Source: Escherichia phage vB_EcoM_DE7. From it: a stretch of 64,000 bases of DNA. Each line of letters begins with the position of its first letter. Positions within the stretch are counted from its first letter, which is position 1. Location of the stretch: the sequence record OL825705.1. One strand, given 5' to 3'. Shown here one piece after another: positions 56,741 to 64,000 of this stretch. A program made the translations under genes and the position numbers. The notes under the pieces are model-generated. The model made no database searches. It had not been told where the DNA came from and worked only from the letters and a program-made list of their open reading frames with translations.

Positions 56741-57526
56741 ATGGGTATTGTAAAAATAATCAATGGGGATATCTTCTCCGCATTTGATAAAGGTAAGTTT
56801 GATATCATTGGTCACGGTTGCAACTGTATGAACTTAATGGGTGCAGGTATCGCTGACAAGATTTCTAAACTTTACCCAAAAGCATATGAGACTGATACAG
56901 AAGTTTATCTGTATGCAGGTGGTATAGGCCACAAACCCTGTGAAAATTTACTAGGCAATTTCTCTGTAGCACGTTTAGAACAAGGCCGTATAGCTAACCT
57001 TTACACTCAGCTTAAGACTGGTAAAGATGCCCGATACAGTGCTTTAGAGTCATCTTTGAAACAGCTTAACAGATACTGTGGAGTCAATCAGTTGAAGAAA
57101 GTTGGGTTACCTATGATTGGTGCAGGTATCGGTGGACTAGACTCTCAAGCCGTCACAGTCATCATTAATCAGGTGATGAAGAGCGTAGATGTTTACCTGT
57201 ATGTCTACGAGACAGAGATGTACAACGAGTTACACTCAGGTTGGAAGAACTACTGCGAACCGGAATACTTTGCAGGTGTAGTAACGTTCACAGACAATAC
57301 AGTTACCCTCTTCAGACGAAGAAAGGGTAAGGTACATCAAAGTAACCCTCCGGTTGAAAAGATGTCCCTAAGTAACGCTCTAGTTACCCACCTGTCGAAG
57401 AGCAATCACAGAATTGCCGTAACATTTGGCAGTGATGCAGATACATATATCTATGCAAGAACTGATGAGGATGTTGAGGAAATTTTCTCATCATCAGAAG
57501 TTACCTTCTTAGACGCAAAGAACTAA
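56741..57526 (+). CDS. macrodomain protein (TARG1/OARD1-type ADP-ribose hydrolase-like) with C-terminal extension
   Basis: NGDIFSAF ... DIIGHGCNCMNLMGAGIA matches the GDLF ... HC.S ... MGAGIA pattern of OARD1-type macrodomains (from memory). Confidence 0.5.
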   Translation: MGIVKIINGDIFSAFDKGKFDIIGHGCNCMNLMGAGIADKISKLYPKAYETDTEVYLYAGGIGHKPCENLLGNFSVARLEQGRIANLYTQLKTGKDARYSALESSLKQLNRYCGVNQLKKVGLPMIGAGIGGLDSQAVTVIINQVMKSVDVYLYVYETEMYNELHSGWKNYCEPEYFAGVVTFTDNTVTLFRRRKGKVHQSNPPVEKMSLSNALVTHLSKSNHRIAVTFGSDADTYIYARTDEDVEEIFSSSEVTFLDAKN

Positions 57527-57595
57527 GAAACTCTGTAGAATATTCACAATAGACTAAGCCTTTCTTATCTGGTAAATTTTTCAGGTAAGGAGGGC

Positions 57596-57790
57596 TTTTT
57601 CATTTCAGGATTGTGCAGGTAGATTTCTGGACAGAAATCTGTAGAGAGGATTTTGAACTCCAAAGAGAAAATTCATTTTCAAACTGTGCAGGTAATCTCC
57701 AAAGAGCTTTTTCATTTTCAAAACGTGCAGAGAAAAATCAGGTCGGGCAAGAAAAATCATTTTCGAATTGTGCAGGTAGGTGGGTGCAGG
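57596..57790. repeat. iteron-like direct repeat array (4-5 copies of CATTTTCAAAnTGTGCAGGTA)
   Basis: Copies at ~57601, ~57673, ~57714, ~57759 plus a GTGCAGGTGGGG extension; spacing 41-72 bp; non-coding. Confidence 0.6.
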
Positions 57791-57954
57791 TGGGGATGTC
57801 GCCATTTCTCACAAGGCTACCACATCTAGAAATAAAAGTCAACAGAAAAATTTGTAGCGGCTTGAAAAATAATTCTTGATTGTAGTTCTGTTTTGTGGTA
57901 GTCGCGTGCGCCCGTTTCATTACATTTTTGCCAAAAATATTTTTAAAATTTTTA

Positions 57955-58048
57955 TTGACTCCTCGAACGGGTTTTTATAGTATTTGCATCAACGGGGAGG
58001 GAATGACCTTCCCCACTAAGTAAAACCCTTAAACTAGGAGATTCAAAA
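57955..58048 (+). promoter_or_regulatory. type-1 leader cassette: promoter (TTGACT-17-TAGTAT) + conserved hairpin leader + RBS
   Basis: Core ATCAACGGGGAGGGAATGACCTTCCCCACTAAGTAAAACCCTTAAACTAGGAGATTCAAAA ends at ATG 58049. Confidence 0.6.
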
Positions 58049-58240
58049 ATGGCATCAAGAAAAATCAAAGTTGGCGACGAGGTTAACGTAAAACATGAAT
58101 ACTCTTACAAAATGTTAACTATTCGCTCTTACAAGGTTTATCAGGTGGAAGCTATCCACGAAGATGGAACATTTTCACTAAAAGGATATAGCGAACGTTT
58201 CCCTGCTGAATTGTTCGAAAAATGGAGTACTAAAAAATGA
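58049..58240 (+). CDS. small hypothetical protein (63 aa)
   Basis: ORF begins directly after a type-1 leader. Confidence 0.45.
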   Translation: MASRKIKVGDEVNVKHEYSYKMLTIRSYKVYQVEAIHEDGTFSLKGYSERFPAELFEKWSTKK

Positions 58241-58443
58241 TTTACAGCCGTGAATTGATGGTTACAACTAACGTTAACACAAATGTAAAACGTTTTTATA
58301 TGCAAATCTGCGGCGCATGGCGTAGAATATCAGAATCTGACTATTGCAACTATGTAGAAACGGCTATTGATTCTAATTGCTATCTTACAAAGAATACAAA
58401 GCGACATATAAAACAGACAGCAGTTTATTACTACGATATATAA
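58237..58443 (+). CDS. small hypothetical protein (68 aa)
   Basis: ATGA-coupled to the upstream gene. Confidence 0.35.
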   Translation: MIYSRELMVTTNVNTNVKRFYMQICGAWRRISESDYCNYVETAIDSNCYLTKNTKRHIKQTAVYYYDI

Positions 58444-58532
58444 AAGTACTTTACAAGGGGCTTAAAAGCTGATATCTTAAGCCCCAGATAAAAAGCTTTA
58501 TCACATTAACCTTAAACTAGGAGATTCAAAAG
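58441..58532 (+). promoter_or_regulatory. type-2 leader cassette (divergent copy): stem-loop + conserved RBS
   Basis: Starts at upstream stop codon; GGGGCTTAA ... TTAAGCCCC hairpin, then CCTTAAACTAGGAGATTCAAAAG before ATG 58533. Confidence 0.5.
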
Positions 58533-58913
58533 ATGGCTTATCGTGCACCTAAATTCATCAATAAAGACAACTTCCGCAACGCACTGGAAAAATCACTTGA
58601 TGAGAATTTTACAGGTCAGATTATCGTTGTTCACGCATTCAATTTTAAGTATGATGTAAACGGGAATAGAATCAACCATTACACAGCAACCATGTTAGAT
58701 GGTACGCTATCAAGTGAAAAAGCTGTACTGAATGCACTTGCAGGACGTGGTAAAAACCTGATAAGATGCGATAAGAGACGTTATCAGGGTGGCGCATATG
58801 GTTATGATGATGCTGTTTATCATCTTGAAAATATGGGCTATTCAGTGGAAAAAGCTGGAGTATCTCAAATAATCGGCAGTGATGGATATGTGACAATTTT
58901 CAAAATTAACTAA
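58533..58913 (+). CDS. small hypothetical protein (126 aa)
   Basis: ORF begins directly after a type-2 leader. Confidence 0.45.
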   Translation: MAYRAPKFINKDNFRNALEKSLDENFTGQIIVVHAFNFKYDVNGNRINHYTATMLDGTLSSEKAVLNALAGRGKNLIRCDKRRYQGGAYGYDDAVYHLENMGYSVEKAGVSQIIGSDGYVTIFKIN

Positions 58914-59001
58914 TAAAGTACTTTACAAGGGGCTTATAGTTCGATAAAGTAAGCCCCAGATAAAGAGATTTACCACTAAATCCTAAATTGGAGATTCAAA
59001 A
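58912..59001 (+). promoter_or_regulatory. type-2 leader cassette: stem-loop + conserved RBS
   Basis: AGTACTTTACAAGGGGCTTATAGTTCGATAAAGTAAGCCCCAGATAAAGAGATTTACCACTAAATCCTAAATTGGAGATTCAAAA ends at ATG 59002. Confidence 0.55.
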
Positions 59002-59406
59002 ATGGCTATCAATAAACGCGAATTATCAATTTTAAAAGCACGTTTGACCGTTAACCGGATTAATGTTATTACGTCATCAGCACCAGACGAAACACTGCAA
59101 AACATTATTGGGAAGATTCAAAGTGTTATCTTAGACGTTGAAAACGTGAAAAACTCACTGACTGACGTTGCAGCAGGTATCACGCTAGACGGTGCACAAT
59201 ATGAAATGGCTGACATGTTAGGCAAATCTAAGGTAATGAATAGGGAGCTTGATTTGAAAATGTTTCGGTTTGCTGTTAAAGTGTGGCTATCTGTCGAGTA
59301 TGACGCTAACTTTGCAATCGCTGACTTTTTCGCCACTTGGTTACAACGTAATTTGACAAATCATGATTTTCGTGATATCTGTGATGCAATTTATGCAGAA
59401 ATCTAA
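59002..59406 (+). CDS. small hypothetical protein (134 aa)
   Basis: ORF begins directly after a type-2 leader. Confidence 0.45.
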   Translation: MAINKRELSILKARLTVNRINVITSSAPDETLQNIIGKIQSVILDVENVKNSLTDVAAGITLDGAQYEMADMLGKSKVMNRELDLKMFRFAVKVWLSVEYDANFAIADFFATWLQRNLTNHDFRDICDAIYAEI

Positions 59407-59415
59407 AAATTTTTA

Positions 59416-59510
59416 TTGACACTGATTTTTAGATATATTAAATTATACATCAACGGGGAGGGAATGACCTTCCCCACTAAGTAAAACCCTTAAACTAGGA
59501 GATTCAAAAA
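59416..59510 (+). promoter_or_regulatory. type-1 leader cassette: promoter (TTGACA-17-TAAATT) + hairpin leader + RBS
   Basis: TTGACA 59416-21, TAAATT 59439-44, conserved core 59449-59510, ATG 59511. Confidence 0.6.
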
Positions 59511-59714
59511 ATGGCTATTATCAACGGTTTAAACATTGAAACTACTCACATCAAAGATATTAAGGTCGGTGATATAGTCCTTTTTCACGGCGTAGAAAAA
59601 ACCGTCACCGCAAAGGATATCAAAGAGGACTCATTCATGGGCCGGTCTCTCTTCGGTGATTCGTATTGCTTAGGTTACCGTGCAGTTTTAAAAGTTGTCA
59701 AAAATAATAAATAA
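59511..59714 (+). CDS. small hypothetical protein (67 aa)
   Basis: ORF begins directly after a type-1 leader. Confidence 0.45.
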   Translation: MAIINGLNIETTHIKDIKVGDIVLFHGVEKTVTAKDIKEDSFMGRSLFGDSYCLGYRAVLKVVKNNK

Positions 59715-59799
59715 AGTACTTTACAGGGGGCTTATAGTTCGATAAAGTAAGCCCCAGATAAAGAGATTTACCACTAAATCCTAAATTGGAGATTCTAAA
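59712..59799 (+). promoter_or_regulatory. type-2 leader cassette: stem-loop + conserved RBS
   Basis: Near-identical to copies at 58912 and 61762; ends at ATG 59800. Confidence 0.55.
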
Positions 59800-60342
59800 A
59801 TGAAATGCTTTCATGGTACTACTCAAGAAAACTTCACCAACCTGATTAATAACGGTGATAAGCCATCAGGTGCATGGAATTGTTCGGATATGGATGGAAA
59901 TTTTTACGTTTATCCAGAAAATAAAATCTATGGCGACGATGCGGAAGAGATAATCTCTGAAGGTATCCAACAGGCTCTGGGCAATGCCGCTATTACCGCA
60001 GCTTTTCAGATGAAAACCCAAAACATTGTTATCTTGGAACTTGATATTCCAGAAGATGAGTTAAACGATGATTACTCATGTGATAATATGTCTGGCGTGG
60101 CAAGTTTTACAGGATATTTTGATATAAGCTGGATTAAAAAAGTTTACACCACTGAATTTAATGCTATGTTTTCACCATTTTGTCTACCTTCACTGGATAA
60201 CCCGAATTTAAACTATATTGATGAGTCTCTGGAACTCCTCGCTAAAAGCGTTCAACAGTCCGACAGTATTCAGGTTTTTTGTGACATCATGGACACACTG
60301 ACGGGAAACATCATAGAAAGAGATTTAAAGGGCTTTTTATAA
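59800..60342 (+). CDS. hypothetical protein (180 aa)
   Basis: ORF begins directly after a type-2 leader. Confidence 0.45.
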   Translation: MKCFHGTTQENFTNLINNGDKPSGAWNCSDMDGNFYVYPENKIYGDDAEEIISEGIQQALGNAAITAAFQMKTQNIVILELDIPEDELNDDYSCDNMSGVASFTGYFDISWIKKVYTTEFNAMFSPFCLPSLDNPNLNYIDESLELLAKSVQQSDSIQVFCDIMDTLTGNIIERDLKGFL

Positions 60343-60374
60343 TAACCTATACAATCACCTTATAAACACTGATT

Positions 60375-60395
60375 AGCCCCTTCTAGGGGCTTTTA
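60375..60395 (+). terminator. rho-independent terminator-like hairpin
   Basis: AGCCCC-TTCTA-GGGGCT followed by TTTT, then SD AGGAGG for next gene. Confidence 0.45.
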
Positions 60396-60408
60396 GGAGG
60401 TTTTAATC

Positions 60409-60642
60409 ATGCTTACAACCGTTTACCTCATCCTTTCTATTTGTAACGGTCATTCATGCGATTTTAAAGGGCTTGAGGAGTTTACAGGGAGTAAAGAAAA
60501 TGCTATTCAGGTTTGCCAGATAGCAAGGCAAGACTATCCCGCCAGTGATGATATTCAATGTTACTTTAAGACAGAAGACAGCGACGGCGTTTATTTTGAC
60601 AGCGTTGATGGTCAATATGAAATTATCATTGATAAAGACTAG
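60409..60642 (+). CDS. small hypothetical protein (77 aa)
   Basis: ORF with strong SD AGGAGG. Confidence 0.4.
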   Translation: MLTTVYLILSICNGHSCDFKGLEEFTGSKENAIQVCQIARQDYPASDDIQCYFKTEDSDGVYFDSVDGQYEIIIDKD

Positions 60643-60662
60643 ACAAGCCGGATAAAAGCCGG

Positions 60663-60730
60663 TAAATTACTAATCAACGGGGAGGGAATGACCTCCCCAC
60701 TAAACAAAGTCCTAAACTGGAGTTTTCACA
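60663..60730 (+). promoter_or_regulatory. type-1 leader cassette (variant copy)
   Basis: TAAATT then ATCAACGGGGAGGGAATGACCTCCCCACTAAACAAAGTCCTAAACTGGAG, ending at ATG 60731. Confidence 0.5.
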
Positions 60731-60877
60731 ATGTCAAATGCAGTTGAAACGGTTTTTAACAATCCGGTATTTTCAGAGATGATTTTCTCGTTTATTATGA
60801 TGTTACTTGTTAAAACCATGAAAAAGGCCGAAAAATTACACTCAAAGAAAAAAGCTATTGCAAACCGTTTTAAGTAA
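60731..60877 (+). CDS. small hydrophobic peptide (48 aa, not in ORF track)
   Basis: Hand-translated ORF starting at the ATG positioned by the type-1 leader. Confidence 0.3.
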   Translation: MSNAVETVFNNPVFSEMIFSFIMMLLVKTMKKAEKLHSKKKAIANRFK

Positions 60878-60925
60878 AGCTATAGTATCAATCAAGCCCA
60901 CTTCCTAAACTGGAGATTCAAAAAA

Positions 60926-61267
60926 ATGGCTTATGTAACTGTAATTACTGATAAAGCTGGGTCATCTTGGTCAACTCAAGTAAGCGATAAGATAACACCT
61001 ATGCAGTGCCTAAAATACTTTGAGCAATGGAATAAAGGCGAGGATGTAAGCCCCTTCCAAGTAATGCAGATTATCCATACAGACGACGAAGGGGTTAAAA
61101 CGGTTTTAAATAGTGAGTACTATGCAACCCGATTTGAAACGAGATGTAAAACGATGAAACTTCTACGTGAATCTGGTTATTCTCATATTGCCGCGCTAAT
61201 CTGGGATGACTTGCTAAAAAATCAGCGTATCAGCTACGTAAAACCTGAAAAAATATTCATCAGCTAA
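60926..61267 (+). CDS. small hypothetical protein (113 aa)
   Basis: Preceded by degenerate leader ...CCTAAACTGGAGATTCAAAAAA. Confidence 0.4.
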   Translation: MAYVTVITDKAGSSWSTQVSDKITPMQCLKYFEQWNKGEDVSPFQVMQIIHTDDEGVKTVLNSEYYATRFETRCKTMKLLRESGYSHIAALIWDDLLKNQRISYVKPEKIFIS

Positions 61268-61397
61268 TCAATAACTTACAAAAAACTTTCAAAAAAGTGT
61301 TGACAATACCCCTTGACATTGGTAATGTTGTTCGAGGGGGTTTATCTTAAAGGGATTCACTTAAAAGATTTCTTTAAAGATAAACTTAAAAAATTGC

Positions 61398-61491
61398 TTG
61401 CAAAGGCAAATCAAATCAAGTAAATTACTAATCAACGGGGAGGGAATGGCCTTCCCCACTAAATAAAACCCTTAAACTAGGAGATTCTAAA
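61398..61491 (+). promoter_or_regulatory. type-1 leader cassette: promoter (TTGCAA-17-TAAATT) + hairpin leader + RBS
   Basis: Conserved core 61432-61491 ending at ATG 61492. Confidence 0.6.
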
Positions 61492-61764
61492 ATGTATACT
61501 ACTAACAACGGTCGCACCTTAAACGTAACACTGCGCCACTATGTAAACGGTGTAATGCACTTCGAAGATTTACAAGCTGAACAACATATTCTGAATTGGC
61601 AACTTGCAGGATTCCAAAAAACTGCTACCGGATACGGGAAAAAGATTCCAACTAGTTGGAAAGTATACTATGAAGGACGTTTGCGCAGAATTTATCAGGA
61701 TGTTTACAGCAATAGCGCAACAAGTTACATCATAGTAAAAGGTAAAAAATTACACTTAGTGTAA
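61492..61764 (+). CDS. small hypothetical protein (90 aa)
   Basis: ORF begins directly after a type-1 leader. Confidence 0.45.
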   Translation: MYTTNNGRTLNVTLRHYVNGVMHFEDLQAEQHILNWQLAGFQKTATGYGKKIPTSWKVYYEGRLRRIYQDVYSNSATSYIIVKGKKLHLV

Positions 61765-61849
61765 AGTACTTTACAGGGGGCTTATAGTTCGATAAAGTAA
61801 GCCCCAGATAAAGAGATTTACCACTAAATCCTAAATTGGAGATTCAAAA
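61762..61849 (+). promoter_or_regulatory. type-2 leader cassette: stem-loop + conserved RBS
   Basis: Near-identical to copies at 58912 and 59712; ends at ATG 61850. Confidence 0.55.
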
Positions 61850-62128
61850 ATGGCTATTATCAAAAACGTTGTAATTCCTGCAAAAACTCGCGATGACGCT
61901 CGCATCATGGCTAAAAAATTATGTGGAAAAGTGGTTGACAACGGAAAACAAGCTGCTGTAAGGTGGGGCGTGAAAGCTGATAAGCAACTAACCTTAAAAC
62001 GCAGTTCAAACAACCTTTTTAAAGGTGTAAAATCACTCGGTAAAGTGAACGTTTTTACCAAAAAAGGCTATAAAATGCACTTATCATTGATTGGAAGCAT
62101 TAAAAGATTCGGTGATGAATATCTTTAA
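61850..62128 (+). CDS. small basic hypothetical protein (92 aa)
   Basis: ORF begins directly after a type-2 leader. Confidence 0.45.
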   Translation: MAIIKNVVIPAKTRDDARIMAKKLCGKVVDNGKQAAVRWGVKADKQLTLKRSSNNLFKGVKSLGKVNVFTKKGYKMHLSLIGSIKRFGDEYL

Positions 62129-62151
62129 AAATTAAATTAAGAGGAAACATC

Positions 62152-62484
62152 ATGCTAATGATGGGAACCACTGCAATCATCGCCATTATAGCCCTTTATA
62201 AGGCTTACAGCGCCTACAATCTGGCAAGTAAGGCAATCACGCAACAGGTTAATAATAGCCTTGTAATGAGCTTTCTCGAGCGTTTAAGCGATGAGCAATT
62301 GAAACGGCTAGAAATGAGTTTCAGATTCAAAGCGAAAACCTATCAGATAAGTGGCATCTTAAAAGATGATTTTCAGTTGGTTGATGATTATAACTCACTG
62401 ATAAATGCTTTAAATATCAGTGACTTAAAAGACTATTACGCTGTAATTGTTCAAGAAATGAGCAAACGAAAAAATTCCTCTTGA
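62152..62484 (+). CDS. small hypothetical protein with N-terminal hydrophobic segment (110 aa)
   Basis: ORF with SD AAGAGGAAA. Confidence 0.4.
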   Translation: MLMMGTTAIIAIIALYKAYSAYNLASKAITQQVNNSLVMSFLERLSDEQLKRLEMSFRFKAKTYQISGILKDDFQLVDDYNSLINALNISDLKDYYAVIVQEMSKRKNSS

Positions 62485-62574
62485 TTTTGGTTTTAAAAGC
62501 AAGTAAATTACTAATCAACGGGGAGGGAATGGCCTTCCCCACTAAATAAAACCCTTAAACTAGGAGATTCTAAA
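62481..62574 (+). promoter_or_regulatory. type-1 leader cassette: promoter (TTGATT-17-TAAATT) + hairpin leader + RBS
   Basis: Conserved core 62514-62574 ending at ATG 62575. Confidence 0.6.
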
Positions 62575-63105
62575 ATGAACAAGTTCAAAGCTATCAACTT
62601 CATCCGCTCAAATAGTGTTATGTCAAAACCTGTTAAAGACACTTACGAATTCCGTTGTAATGGTGTACACTTTGCAACCATCACCAAATCAGAAAACGGG
62701 GCTTATTACATCCATCGCCGTAATGTTGCAACTGTTGTAGTCTCTCATTTTATGCAAGCGGTCGCGGAACTTCTCCCGATGTTTTTGGGTCTTTACTTGG
62801 ATGAGTGTAAAAACGTTCACAATCACGTTAAAAACCTTTTAAACGGTTATAAAATGGCTTACGAGCGTTCTCTCAAGTACTTAAACAAGTTTTATAAAGC
62901 CCCTGTAAACACTGTTTCAATGGCTTACAGTGTAAGCGGTGAGCTGGTTAGTCTCTTCGAAGTGGAAGAAATTGAACTATATAACTCACGTCCTAGCGGT
63001 TACGCTAAAACCATCGGCGAAGGCTTAACGTTCAATATCAAGAATTTAGAAAAAACTTTAAAAGATATTGAAAAAGATATTGACGAAACAATCAAAAATC
63101 TGTAA
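62575..63105 (+). CDS. hypothetical protein (176 aa)
   Basis: ORF begins directly after a type-1 leader. Confidence 0.45.
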   Translation: MNKFKAINFIRSNSVMSKPVKDTYEFRCNGVHFATITKSENGAYYIHRRNVATVVVSHFMQAVAELLPMFLGLYLDECKNVHNHVKNLLNGYKMAYERSLKYLNKFYKAPVNTVSMAYSVSGELVSLFEVEEIELYNSRPSGYAKTIGEGLTFNIKNLEKTLKDIEKDIDETIKNL

Positions 63106-63173
63106 ATTGCCAATCAACGGGGAGGGAATGACCTTCCCCACTAAGTAAAGTCCTTAAACTAGGAGATTCTAAA
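63080..63173 (+). promoter_or_regulatory. type-1 leader cassette: promoter (TTGACG-17-TAAATT) + hairpin leader + RBS
   Basis: -35 lies inside the 3' end of the upstream gene; conserved core 63113-63173 ending at ATG 63174. Confidence 0.6.
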
Positions 63174-63422
63174 ATGGCAACTATCCGCGCAATTGTAAAT
63201 TCTTATGGCTGCTACACTCTGGATGTTAAATTTGATATTGGTGGAACTGATGAATGCTTTTCATTAGTGAAGACGGTTATCAAGCAAGTTATCCCAGATT
63301 ATAACCCTACTGATGACTTCTGGAAAGATGCCGTGAAAGAGGCGTTAAACGATGAATACCATTACCATTACTGGGGTGATTTGATTGTATCCCTGTACTA
63401 CGATAAAAAAGGCACTAACTAA
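63174..63422 (+). CDS. small hypothetical protein (82 aa)
   Basis: ORF begins directly after a type-1 leader. Confidence 0.45.
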   Translation: MATIRAIVNSYGCYTLDVKFDIGGTDECFSLVKTVIKQVIPDYNPTDDFWKDAVKEALNDEYHYHYWGDLIVSLYYDKKGTN

Positions 63423-63473
63423 TCAACGCAACGGGGCTAAAATAGCCCCAGATACCTTTAAAGCCCCTTTATA

Positions 63474-63646
63474 CTGATTCGATAGTGATTCAGGTAATGA
63501 ATTACCTTCATAGAATCTATCTCATAGGGGCTTTTTTACGTCCTATCAAATCCCTTTCCTTTCCCTTTCCAGAATCTATCCCACTGATTCGATAGTGATT
63601 CAGGTAATGAATTACCTTCATAGAATCTATCTCATACCTTAAAAAG
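63474..63646. repeat. two copies of a ~53-bp element with internal palindrome, separated by a TCCCTTTCC tract
   Basis: CTGATTCGATAGTGATTCAGGTAATGAATTACCTTCATAGAATCTATCTCATA at ~63474-63526 and ~63584-63646; first copy sits between AAAGCCCC and GGGGCTTTTTT. Confidence 0.6.
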
Positions 63647-63727
63647 CAATAACTCTATATCTTACTCTATAGCCTTTTATTAAATCAACTTAAAGATAAG
63701 CCCATAAACCGAAGGAAAGGGCAACAC

Positions 63728-64000
63728 GTTTAAACGCTCTATAAAGCCCTATAACGGCCTTATTAACCTGACTTAAGGGATTGCATTAACTCACGTTTAA
63801 ACGCTCTATAAAGCCCTATAACGGCCTTATTAACCTAACTTAAGGGATTACATTAACTCACCATTAAAAACGCTCTATAAAGCCCTATAACGGCCTTATT
63901 AACCTAACTTAAGGGATTACATTAACTCACCATTAAAAACGCTCTATAAAGCCCTATAACGGCCTTATTAACCTAACTTAAGGGATTACATTAACTCACC
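63728..64000. repeat. tandem direct repeats, 67-69 bp unit, at least 4 copies, running to the window edge
   Basis: Unit AAACGCTCTATAAAGCCCTATAACGGCCTTATTAACCTRACTTAAGGGATTRCATTAACTCAC starting ~63732, 63799, 63868, 63937. Confidence 0.7.

Noticed and set aside
57613-57879. 88-aa + strand ORF in the track
   Set aside because: It lies entirely within the iteron-like repeat array; its repetitive translation (ENSFSNCAGN / EKSFSNCAGR) is produced by the DNA repeats, and it has no SD.
58912-59001. Possible tRNA in the type-2 element (contains TTCGA)
   Set aside because: The hairpin is an 8-bp stem with a 13-nt loop; there is no cloverleaf, acceptor stem or 5-bp T-arm with a 7-nt loop. No convincing tRNA was seen elsewhere in the window.
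63728-64000. Possible CRISPR array
   Set aside because: The 67-69-bp units are near-identical tandem copies with no unique spacers and no cas genes nearby, so this is a tandem repeat.

Overview
This window is a gene-dense, AT-rich segment of a virulent tailed phage with a contractile-tail (myovirus-type) structural module. All calls rest on reading the ORF translations and the DNA by eye; no database search or computation was run. Layout: 1-18.3 kb (+) head, neck, sheath/tube, frameshifted chaperone, tape measure, baseplate and two His-box tail fibres; 18.3-27.9 kb (-) thymidylate synthase, DHFR, small genes, ATP-dependent DNA ligase, HNH-AP2 endonuclease and a family-A DNA polymerase split by a probable group I intron carrying an Endo VII-type endonuclease; 28.1-57.5 kb (+) dNMP kinase, primase-helicase, SSB, FEN, GIY-YIG endonuclease, nrdA/nrdB, an intron-split nrdD, nrdG, a PRS-like + Nampt-like pair, rIIA/rIIB-like proteins, overlapped spanins and a macrodomain protein; 57.5-63.4 kb an iteron-like repeat block followed by about 14 small genes, most preceded by one of two conserved leader cassettes; 63.4-64.0 kb repeat-rich non-coding DNA. 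Gene content resembles Felix-O1-like myoviruses, but that is a guess from memory. No tRNA, rRNA, CRISPR array or integrase was found. The most unusual feature is the leader-cassette array of small genes, with the adjacent NAD-pathway pair and macrodomain protein as candidate counter-defence functions; none of these is demonstrably novel from sequence alone.
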